DNA from: an uncultured Brachyspira sp.
GTDB lineage: Bacteria; Spirochaetota; Brachyspiria; Brachyspirales; Brachyspiraceae
NCBI RefSeq assembly: GCF_944388875.1
Contig: NZ_CALXKQ010000011.1
Span: 13,073-77,072, forward strand
DNA: 64,000 nucleotides
Direction of reading: 5' to 3'
The stretch's first letter is position 1; the number at the start of each line of letters is the position of its first letter. The position numbers and the translations under genes were made by a program. This document shows positions 38,407 to 46,771 of the stretch, in pieces. Under the pieces are notes generated by a model. It was not told the origin of the DNA, searched no databases, and saw only the letters and a list, made by a program, of their open reading frames with translations.

Positions 38407-39060
38407 TATACTAAAAATTTCATAAGCATTATTAACTATGTAAGATGCATTTTTAAACTCTTCTTCTTTTCCAAAACCATATCTAACGGCTATGGAATCT
38501 ATACCTACATTTTTGGCAGCATCTATATCATCTATTCTATCACCTATCATAATTGTTTTACTCTTATCAAAATTTTCTTTTTCTACAGCTTCTATTAATA
38601 CATCCAATTTATTTTTTATTTGTCCTCCAATAGAAGGAGCATAAAAACCATTAAAAAATTTCTTAATATCAAAATATTCTATTATTTTAATAGCTGATTC
38701 TATAGGCTTTGCAGTTGCCAAAAATATTTTATAGTTATTTTCAAATAATGTTTTAATTAAATTGTATATACCATCATAAAGAGTACACTTAAATAGTCCT
38801 CCATTATCATTATAATCTTCTCTGTAAAATTTAATAAACTTATATGATAATTTTTCATCATCACAACAGTATTTCCTAAAACTTACATTAAGAGGAGGAC
38901 CTATAAACTTTCTAAGAGTTTCATCATTAGGAATACTTAAATTCAAATTATATAAATTATTAAGTTTATTAATAGAATATACAACAGCATTTGTTATACC
39001 TAAAGCAGAATCTGTAATAGTTCCGTCAAGATCAAATAGTATATTATTATATTTAGACAT
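38395..39060 (-). CDS. HAD-superfamily hydrolase (phosphoglycolate phosphatase/5'-nucleotidase-like)
   Basis: FDLDGTITDS, ATAK, IGDRIDDIDAA. Confidence 0.88.
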   Translation of the reverse strand: MSKYNNILFDLDGTITDSALGITNAVVYSINKLNNLYNLNLSIPNDETLRKFIGPPLNVSFRKYCCDDEKLSYKFIKFYREDYNDNGGLFKCTLYDGIYNLIKTLFENNYKIFLATAKPIESAIKIIEYFDIKKFFNGFYAPSIGGQIKNKLDVLIEAVEKENFDKSKTIMIGDRIDDIDAAKNVGIDSIAVRYGFGKEEEFKNASYIVNNAYEIFSILTK

Positions 39061-39062
39061 AA

Positions 39063-40028
39063 TTATCTATTGACTAATATGTAACCAGAAGCAGGTATTA
39101 TATTAAAATTTTGTTTTGTTTTTTCTTTTACAGCTTTAAATAATAAATTAATTCCCAAACTATCACTAGACATATGACCCGCACATACTACATTAATATA
39201 ATATTTTCGGCACTCATCTAAAAGCCTGTCAGATATATTCATCACAATAATAGTTCCTATATTGGCTTTGGATAATGCTTCTATCATAGCAGAATCAAAA
39301 GAAGCCCCTCCCGTCATATCTACAATAATTTTGCCAGCCTTAGAATTATTAGAGCCATTAAATATTTTAGGCGGATTATAACGCATAGCAGATATATTAT
39401 ATTCTTCTATTGAATAGAGTATATCGATTATATCTGAAAGTTTATAAGGTTTTTCTGTTTTCATTTTTTCAGCTAAAAAACTCTCAACAAAATTATCAGC
39501 AACGGTATGCATACACATATAATTTAATTTAAGGAGTTTAGCCGCATCAACATCTCTAAAATGATTTGCTCCGTAAACAGAACGGCTTACTTCATTAAGT
39601 CTTTTATTAGATAAAGCCTCAGATACATTTATAGGCACATCATGCAATGCATTCTTATCAGACTGCATAGATATAACATCATAAAAATTAACAAATCCGT
39701 ATCCATTAGGATGATGTGTTATAACTAAATCTATATTTGCATTTTTCTCATTCAGTCTGTCGGCAAGAAGAAGTTCTGGAGTATTCATATCTATACCGCA
39801 TAAAATATTTTTTATATCTTTATCTTCTGCAATATTTAAAACTCTAGTATCAGAATAAGGATTAAAAAGTGTATCCTTATCAAAGTGCTCCTTCTTTTTA
39901 TCATCTAATTTATCATATTCTTTTTTTGTACTTTCTAATTCTTTTTCTACTAAATCCCTTCCTCTTGGGTCAGCATCTATACCGCATTCAATAACTGCAG
40001 CATAAAATTCTTTTATACTTAAAGACAT
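39063..40028 (-). CDS. NIF3/DUF34-like metal-binding protein
   Basis: DADPRG, NPYSDTR, GID, THHP, MHTVADN, AGHMSSDSLG. Confidence 0.8.
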   Translation of the reverse strand: MSLSIKEFYAAVIECGIDADPRGRDLVEKELESTKKEYDKLDDKKKEHFDKDTLFNPYSDTRVLNIAEDKDIKNILCGIDMNTPELLLADRLNEKNANIDLVITHHPNGYGFVNFYDVISMQSDKNALHDVPINVSEALSNKRLNEVSRSVYGANHFRDVDAAKLLKLNYMCMHTVADNFVESFLAEKMKTEKPYKLSDIIDILYSIEEYNISAMRYNPPKIFNGSNNSKAGKIIVDMTGGASFDSAMIEALSKANIGTIIVMNISDRLLDECRKYYINVVCAGHMSSDSLGINLLFKAVKEKTKQNFNIIPASGYILVNR

Positions 40029-40037
40029 ATAAACCTC

Positions 40038-42026
40038 TTATTCGTCATCCTCTCTCTTATTCTCATTCTTTGGCTCGCCTCTGTATTTTTCTGTTTGAAT
40101 CATTCCGCCGTCTTCAAAAAATGTTATAGCCTTATAGCTTTGTCTTATAGCAAACTCAGCACTTCCTATTGTAAGCTGTACACCAGGAAGCATCTCTTTA
40201 CCAGCACTTACAGTAGATTCAACTTTTTCTATTTCCATTTCCTGTAACAAAGCTTCTCTATTTAATACAACCTCTTCCCTTCTGCTATTAGCCTGTTCTA
40301 ACTGTTCTTTATAACTTTGCAGCTGATCTTTTTTCTCATCATCCAATTTCTTAAGTTTAGCAGCCTGCTCTATAGATTTTATATTTCTTTCTGTTTCTTC
40401 AATAGATATATCCAACTCTTCTTTCTCTTTATCCAATTCATCAACAGCACGTCTTTTTGCAGGGCTTATTCCTGTTTCTATTATAGTTTTAGCACCAGCC
40501 TGAGAACCTAATACTTTACCATTAACTTCTACTAAAGCTCTGAGTCTTCCGCCGCTTGCAGATGCTCTCTTACCTATAAGTATTATTCTATTATCCGCAT
40601 CAATATTAGAGTTCAATATAGCCTCAGTAACAACAACATTATTTCCAGCCTGAACATTGGAGAACTGTATAAACTTAGCAATAACATCCCCTCCAGCTTT
40701 TACAAAACTATTTTCATTGCCTTGAATACCAAGTTTAACCATAATGTCACCCTTAGCCTCTAAGTCGCATTTACCTACAGTTCCATGAACATCTATATTT
40801 CCTTCCGCTTTAACAGAGTAATTATCGCTTACACTTCCTTTAACAACAACACTTCCTATGAAATTAATGTTTCCAGTTTCAGGACCTACATCACCAGCCA
40901 CTTCAAATATAGGTTCAACACTAAGCAGCTTCCCTTTAAGAACAACTTGTCCGCTTATAGAAGCAATTATATATTCATTGTCATCAGACAGCTCCACGTT
41001 ATTGCCTAATATCTCTTTAATATCTATATCTTTTCCAGGTTTAGTTTCTATTTTCAATCCAAGTACAGTTCTTCCTGTTTCTCCGTCTGTAGCAGGAAGT
41101 TTTCTAGCTAACTTTTGTCCCTGCTCAACATTTTCAACTATACTTAAATCCTTATAGTCAATACTTTGATCCTCTCCTATATATTTAGGTATAACTTTTT
41201 TATTTACATTAACTAAATATTCTATCTTAGCATTCTGACCATTAACAGGAGGACGTCCTTCAGCAGCAAGTATAGGCACATTGAAAGTTCCTTCATCCAA
41301 GCATCTTGAAACATTCTCTTCTTGGAAGCCGAAAGTAATACTGCTGTTTTCTAATAATTCTTTTACATCCTGCAAGTCCATTTCCCTTCCGCCTCTAGTA
41401 GGCTTTGTAACTGTAACATAAGCACGCATCTTATCATCACTGAGAGTGTAGCTAATCTTAGCATTATTAGGAGATTTAGATATATCCCATTCAGCAATTT
41501 TTTCATACTGCCCTGTTTGTTCATGAAGCATTTTTTTTGCCAAATGAGAATCATATTCTTTTATGCCAGCATCTATTAACTTTCTTTCTAAATCCATCAT
41601 ATCTTCAATTCTTTTACCTTCAGCAACAGGAGGCATAACTTTTAAGAATACTCCATCCCTCTTAACTCTTAAAATTATTTCTGTATCTTTGTTGAATACT
41701 ACTTTCTCCTGAGCATTTTCTCCCGTATTTCCAGTGCTATAATCAACACCGCCTCCAAGAGAAATATTTGATTTTTCATATTTAATATGAGTATATCTTA
41801 CAAGAAAAGGCTTTGCTCCTATATTAAAAAATCCTTTGCTTCCCTCTTCAAGTACTTTATAACTTAATTCATATATAGGACATTGAAATACAGCAGCAGC
41901 TTCCTGCATGCCTCTTTCCAAAGAATTAACATATAAATCAACAGAACGAGTATTTTTATTATTATAAATTTCTTTATAAAAATCACTTTCTAATATTTTT
42001 CTTTTTAATTCATTCATAAAAATCAC
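40038..42026 (-). CDS. fapA: FapA/DUF342 family flagellar-associated protein with N-terminal Jag_N-like domain
   Basis: PPVNGQNA, GDVGPETGNINFIGSV.VKGSV, beta-helix-like repeats, C-terminal coiled coil; N-terminal YKVLEEGSKGFFNIGAKP. Confidence 0.85.
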   Translation of the reverse strand: MIFMNELKRKILESDFYKEIYNNKNTRSVDLYVNSLERGMQEAAAVFQCPIYELSYKVLEEGSKGFFNIGAKPFLVRYTHIKYEKSNISLGGGVDYSTGNTGENAQEKVVFNKDTEIILRVKRDGVFLKVMPPVAEGKRIEDMMDLERKLIDAGIKEYDSHLAKKMLHEQTGQYEKIAEWDISKSPNNAKISYTLSDDKMRAYVTVTKPTRGGREMDLQDVKELLENSSITFGFQEENVSRCLDEGTFNVPILAAEGRPPVNGQNAKIEYLVNVNKKVIPKYIGEDQSIDYKDLSIVENVEQGQKLARKLPATDGETGRTVLGLKIETKPGKDIDIKEILGNNVELSDDNEYIIASISGQVVLKGKLLSVEPIFEVAGDVGPETGNINFIGSVVVKGSVSDNYSVKAEGNIDVHGTVGKCDLEAKGDIMVKLGIQGNENSFVKAGGDVIAKFIQFSNVQAGNNVVVTEAILNSNIDADNRIILIGKRASASGGRLRALVEVNGKVLGSQAGAKTIIETGISPAKRRAVDELDKEKEELDISIEETERNIKSIEQAAKLKKLDDEKKDQLQSYKEQLEQANSRREEVVLNREALLQEMEIEKVESTVSAGKEMLPGVQLTIGSAEFAIRQSYKAITFFEDGGMIQTEKYRGEPKNENKREDDE

Positions 42027-42029
42027 CTA

Positions 42030-42848
42030 TTATAATAATTGTTTTTTTATCTCTGAAAGAGAACATCTTAATTCCTGTATGGCCTTGCCATGCAGCTGCG
42101 ATATTCTGCTTTCTGATACATCCAAAACTCTTCCTATCTCTTTTAATGTAAGATCATCATAATAATATAATATCAAAACCTGTTTTTCTTTTTCAGGCAA
42201 TCTCTTTAAAGCATCAACTATCTTATTTTTAACATCTTCTCTCTCAGCTAAATATTCAGGGTTAGTCTTATCATTAGATTTTAAAGTATCTATAACAGAT
42301 ATCTCATCAGAGTCATCGCCTACATACCAAACATCGCTCAAAGAAGTAGGAGAAGCCTCTATATATCTTTTCATAGTTTCATTATATTTACTCATTGTAA
42401 TTCCTAACATATCAGCTATCTCCTGCGGTTTAATATTTCTGCTAAGTCTTGCTTCCAGTATCTCCCTAGCCTTTTCTATCTCCTTAACATCCTTACGTAT
42501 AGACCTAGGCAGATAATCAAGTTTTCTAAGTTCATCATATATAGCACCTCTAATCCTAGTAACTGCATAAGTTTTGAACTTAATATCTCTATTGGGATTA
42601 TATTTATCAATAGCATCCATTAAACCAAAAGTACCAAAACCTACTAAATCTTCAAATTCAATATGTTTATGAGAACCCATTTTTACAGATACTTTACCAG
42701 CAACATATTTCACCAATTGAGCATATTTAATAATTAATGCCTCCCTTATAAAAGGGGATTGTGTCTTTTTGAACTCAAGCCAATGCTCCTGTTCATTCTC
42801 ATTAGTAATATTTGGTATTTTGCCTTTGTCTTTCTTATTCATTTTCAT
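42030..42848 (-). CDS. fliA: RNA polymerase sigma28 factor FliA/WhiG
   Basis: EDLVGFGTFGLMDAIDKY, KFKTYAVTRIRGAIYDELR, LTLKEIGRVLDVSESRISQLH. Confidence 0.96.
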   Translation of the reverse strand: MKMNKKDKGKIPNITNENEQEHWLEFKKTQSPFIREALIIKYAQLVKYVAGKVSVKMGSHKHIEFEDLVGFGTFGLMDAIDKYNPNRDIKFKTYAVTRIRGAIYDELRKLDYLPRSIRKDVKEIEKAREILEARLSRNIKPQEIADMLGITMSKYNETMKRYIEASPTSLSDVWYVGDDSDEISVIDTLKSNDKTNPEYLAEREDVKNKIVDALKRLPEKEKQVLILYYYDDLTLKEIGRVLDVSESRISQLHGKAIQELRCSLSEIKKQLL

Positions 42849-42870
42849 AGTAATTCACTCATCAATTAAT

Positions 42871-43491
42871 TTACTTATTCTCTTTTTCATCTTTTGCTAT
42901 CATAGTTCTAACAGCTTTAGCCACTTTTTCAGGATCCTCATGAACTTCTTTAATTATCTCGCTCTCTTTTACCTTTTTATCTGGAAACATGCTGCTTGAA
43001 GAACTATAACTTGATGGTGCAGTATTAGACGATGCACTATTTGAACTTCCAAAAACTATACTTCCTATATCATCTCCTGAACTAGAATAATCCATTTTCT
43101 GATTTTTATCAACATTAGGAACAACATCAGCATCATTATTATTAGAAGAAGCATCATTAGGTAAAATTGTATTGGTAGGATGTTCATATCCTGCCATAGT
43201 GTTGTCATCTATAGCACCATAATCTATATCCAAATTAGAAGATGATGAAGCCGATGCTGATTCATCTATCACATCTCCTAAATATTTTTTCAATACAGTA
43301 CCAAGTAAAAATAATATTCCTGCCGTTATAACAGCTGATATAATAGCCTTAACTATAGAAATATCTATCCTATTTTTATATAGAACAGAAAGTATAAGCG
43401 TTATTACAAATGATAAACCTATTATTAATCCAGCCAATTTACCAAAATTAGAAGAAAAATATTGTTTAACTTTTTCAACTACATTATTCAT
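42871..43491 (-). CDS. FlgV-like two-TM flagellar protein with FliF-like C-terminal tail
   Basis: Two N-terminal TM helices, acidic/Ser-rich linker, position between flhG and fliA as for flgV in other bacteria; homology not searched. Confidence 0.6.
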   Translation of the reverse strand: MNNVVEKVKQYFSSNFGKLAGLIIGLSFVITLILSVLYKNRIDISIVKAIISAVITAGILFLLGTVLKKYLGDVIDESASASSSSNLDIDYGAIDDNTMAGYEHPTNTILPNDASSNNNDADVVPNVDKNQKMDYSSSGDDIGSIVFGSSNSASSNTAPSSYSSSSSMFPDKKVKESEIIKEVHEDPEKVAKAVRTMIAKDEKENK

Positions 43492-43527
43492 GATTACCTC
43501 TAATATTTTATAACAATTCTATTATTA

Positions 43528-44391
43528 TTATTTTTTACTAACAAATGATAATAAAGATTCAACAAAACCGCCGAAACCTTTTATATCTCTGCCGTCATCA
43601 TACTCCATATCTATTATCTTTTTAGCTATATTATATATAGATATAGAAGCATGACATTTATTATCATACTGATAAAAAGGAAGCTGCTGTGAAACCGCAT
43701 AAGGAATGGTTTTATCTTCCAAAATATGCCCTAAATATTTAACATCCATATCTAAATATTTTTTACTAGTCATTATTATTTTATCTCCAACCTCTTTCCC
43801 TTCAGAAGCCTTAGTAACTCTATTAACCAATATTTTTATATCAGCATTTGCATTTTCTGGTGCTATAGACTTTATAACCCCATAAGCATCCAATATAGCA
43901 GTAAGTTCTGGAGTTGTTACTACAATACTTTCATCTGAAGAAAGCAAAAAGTATAAAACAGTATCTGATATGCCAGCCCCTGTATCAACTATAACTATAT
44001 CAGCATCATTTAAAGAATCCATACTATTAACTAATTTACTTAAAGCCCTTCCTGATAAATTAGCTAAAGAAGAAAATCCTGAAGCACCTGCAATATACCT
44101 TATTCCATAATTAGTTTCAAGTATAACCTCATGCAGTTTTTTTACTCCCTTTATCACATGATATAAATTATATTCAGGCATATTTCCAAGTATTACATTA
44201 ACATTACCAAGTCCAAGATCTGCATCTATCAAAAGCACATTCTGTCCCAACTGCTGCAATGCTATTGATAAATTAATTGCAATATTCGTTTTACCAACAC
44301 CGCCTTTGCCGCTGGCTATACTAATAATACGCTGAGGACGTTTATCTTTAACCCCCATCATCTTTCTTAATTCATCTGCTTGATCTTTCAT
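43528..44391 (-). CDS. flhG: FlhG/FleN MinD-like ATPase
   Basis: DQADELR N-terminus, SGKGGVGKTN, DADLGLGNV, DTGAGI. Confidence 0.94.
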   Translation of the reverse strand: MKDQADELRKMMGVKDKRPQRIISIASGKGGVGKTNIAINLSIALQQLGQNVLLIDADLGLGNVNVILGNMPEYNLYHVIKGVKKLHEVILETNYGIRYIAGASGFSSLANLSGRALSKLVNSMDSLNDADIVIVDTGAGISDTVLYFLLSSDESIVVTTPELTAILDAYGVIKSIAPENANADIKILVNRVTKASEGKEVGDKIIMTSKKYLDMDVKYLGHILEDKTIPYAVSQQLPFYQYDNKCHASISIYNIAKKIIDMEYDDGRDIKGFGGFVESLLSFVSKK

Positions 44392-44428
44392 AACATACCC
44401 TTAATGTTCTTAATCCTTTTAATAAAAA

Positions 44429-46459
44429 TTATTTTGTATCGCCAAATAACCCTTCCATTATTTTATACCCATATTTTTTAGCAGTAGATATGTCTTTAGG
44501 AACACCCTGACCATGAGTAATATAAGTAATAGGCAGCTTTTTCTTAATTATAGCACATATCGATGAAGCTAAATAATCTGTTTCATCAACTTTAGTCAAT
44601 ATAACACCCTTATAATTTGTAGGTTTAAATGCATTCAATATTTTAACAGCATCCTTATATTTAGCAGTAGAACTCATAACAAGCTGAATATCCATATCAA
44701 ATCTTCCAACTGTAGTGAAATATTTAGACATTGCAACTATATCTTCAGCACCTTTAGGAGAACGTCCCATAGTATCTATAAATAAAAGAGAAGAATTATC
44801 CATTTTTCTAATTTCCGCTCTCAAAGCCTCTGGAGTACTCGCACTGGTAAAAGGAACTTTCATTATGCTTGCATATCTTTGAAGCTGATCTACAGCAGCA
44901 ATTCTATAATTATCTATAGTAACAAATGAAACTTTTTTACCCGATTTCATGTGCTGTGCTGCTATTTTAGGTATGGTTGTAGTTTTACCAACGCCTGTAG
45001 GTCCTACAAATACTATTATTTTCTTTTTAACTCCTATATCTATGCCGTTTGAAAGCATCAATCTTTCAGAAAAATATTTTTCAACCTCTTCTATAATTAC
45101 ATCCTTAGATTGAAAAAATCTGGCATTGCTTGAAGTAAGCAAATATTCTCTTAAATCTAATAAAATTTCTTCAGGAAACTCTCTATTTCTTAAATAGTTA
45201 AAGCTCTCTTCCATTCCGTCAGCAACAGTAACTTCAGAATCATTTTCTGTGTTATTTTCAAAATAATTTCTTATTTTATTTCTGCTACTGATTTTATTAT
45301 CTCTAGTTTCTCTAGCAAGATTATTTTCTTCTCTAAACTCTTTTATCTCTTCTATAGAATCTCTTATTTCGCTCTCTTCATCTCTAAATAAATCATTATA
45401 TTCTGTTTTTTGATTATATGTATTATCATTAATATTATTGGAGTTATAGTTCTTATTTGCATTCAGGTTTGGAATACTATTTTCTAAATATTCTTTAACT
45501 ATATCTTTTATTTGTTCCTGAACTAATCTTTTAACATTTTCATCTATAGAATTGTTAATTTGAGAATTATTAACAGTATTATTTGCATAAGAATTCATAT
45601 TATTATGAACATTGCTGTTCATACTGTTCATAAAACTATTATTAGAAAAATTACCATAACTATTACTATTGCTTGAATTATTGGAATTATAAGAAGAATC
45701 TGACAGCATTCTATTTCCCATATTGGCAAATATAGAATTAGCAAATGGAGAATTAGAGTACTGAGAATTATTAAAATGAGGCAATGGAGTAAAATTATCA
45801 TTTCCTCTTTCTATATTATTATAGTTATTTCTATCTGCAATATTATTTCTTTCTGATACATTATTTATATCTATATTATTTTTTCTCTCTAATACATCAG
45901 CACTATTAATATTGAAATCAGTATTATTATTTTCTGTATAAGAAGAATTATTGCCGATATCTGCATTATCATTTTTATTAGAAAACTCATCAGCAAAACC
46001 TAATTCTTCTGCATTTTCTTCTTTATTATTAAAAGCAGGAGTATCCAAAGAAGAAGCAGTGTTTGTATTTACCTTATTAGCATTTCTCTTTTTTAAATCC
46101 TCTTTAAGTCTTCTGCTTATAGATGCTATTCTGTCAGCCATCTCGCTGGCATCAATAGCTTCTGTTCCATGCTTTTTCATTTCTATTCTATCGCTTAAAA
46201 TTTTGCTTCTATGCATATTATCATCATCTTCTATGCTGCTGTCATAAGAACTTTTTTCTTCTGAATTGTTTTTTCTATCGTATATAGAGTTATTAAGCAT
46301 TATTCTAAGCTCATGCTCTGTTTTCATTCCAAGCCCTAAAAATCCGCCGACTTTTATATCTTTAGTAGTTAAAATGACGAAGTTGCCTCCATATTCAACT
46401 CTGGCTTTAGCTAATGCATCCTTTTTATCCTTACCTCTAATAGTGCGTATGTCTACCAT
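44429..46459 (-). CDS. flhF: Flagellar SRP-family GTPase FlhF with very long Asn/Ser-rich linker
   Basis: GPTGVGKTTT, DNYRIAAVDQL, DTMGRS, TKVDET, GQGVPKDI. Confidence 0.94.
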   Translation of the reverse strand: MVDIRTIRGKDKKDALAKARVEYGGNFVILTTKDIKVGGFLGLGMKTEHELRIMLNNSIYDRKNNSEEKSSYDSSIEDDDNMHRSKILSDRIEMKKHGTEAIDASEMADRIASISRRLKEDLKKRNANKVNTNTASSLDTPAFNNKEENAEELGFADEFSNKNDNADIGNNSSYTENNNTDFNINSADVLERKNNIDINNVSERNNIADRNNYNNIERGNDNFTPLPHFNNSQYSNSPFANSIFANMGNRMLSDSSYNSNNSSNSNSYGNFSNNSFMNSMNSNVHNNMNSYANNTVNNSQINNSIDENVKRLVQEQIKDIVKEYLENSIPNLNANKNYNSNNINDNTYNQKTEYNDLFRDEESEIRDSIEEIKEFREENNLARETRDNKISSRNKIRNYFENNTENDSEVTVADGMEESFNYLRNREFPEEILLDLREYLLTSSNARFFQSKDVIIEEVEKYFSERLMLSNGIDIGVKKKIIVFVGPTGVGKTTTIPKIAAQHMKSGKKVSFVTIDNYRIAAVDQLQRYASIMKVPFTSASTPEALRAEIRKMDNSSLLFIDTMGRSPKGAEDIVAMSKYFTTVGRFDMDIQLVMSSTAKYKDAVKILNAFKPTNYKGVILTKVDETDYLASSICAIIKKKLPITYITHGQGVPKDISTAKKYGYKIMEGLFGDTK

Positions 46460-46538
46460 TTTCTTACTCCTATAATCATCTTAAAAAACCTCTTTATAAA
46501 ATTTTATATCTTAATAATTTATCTTAATAATATTTATA

Positions 46539-46712
46539 TTAATATTGTTCCAATACGCCTATAGAAACTTCAAACTCTTTTTTAATCATGCCGAAAATAT
46601 TTTTTCTTTTGCTTTCCCTAACACTAATGATAAAATAGCTTTCACCATATTTATCTCTAGCCTGTTTTTCGATTTCTTCTCTGTTTTTTCCAAAAATTTT
46701 TATGGTTTTCAT
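46539..46712 (-). CDS. Unannotated 57-aa protein homologous to the FlhF N-terminal domain
   Basis: MKTIKIFGKNREEIEKQARDKYGESYFIISVRESKRKNIFGMIKKEFEVSIGVLEQY*; GGGAG RBS 7 nt upstream; aligns without large gaps to FlhF residues 1-60. Confidence 0.85.
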   Translation of the reverse strand: MKTIKIFGKNREEIEKQARDKYGESYFIISVRESKRKNIFGMIKKEFEVSIGVLEQY

Positions 46713-46771
46713 AGTATAACTCCCAAATATTAATATTTATATCTTAATTACTCTCATAAAAGAGCTATGTT

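Noticed and set aside
46545-46733. Plus-strand 62-aa ORF in the track
   Set aside because: Antisense shadow of the real minus-strand 57-aa gene (46539-46712), which has an RBS, operon orientation and homology to FlhF-N
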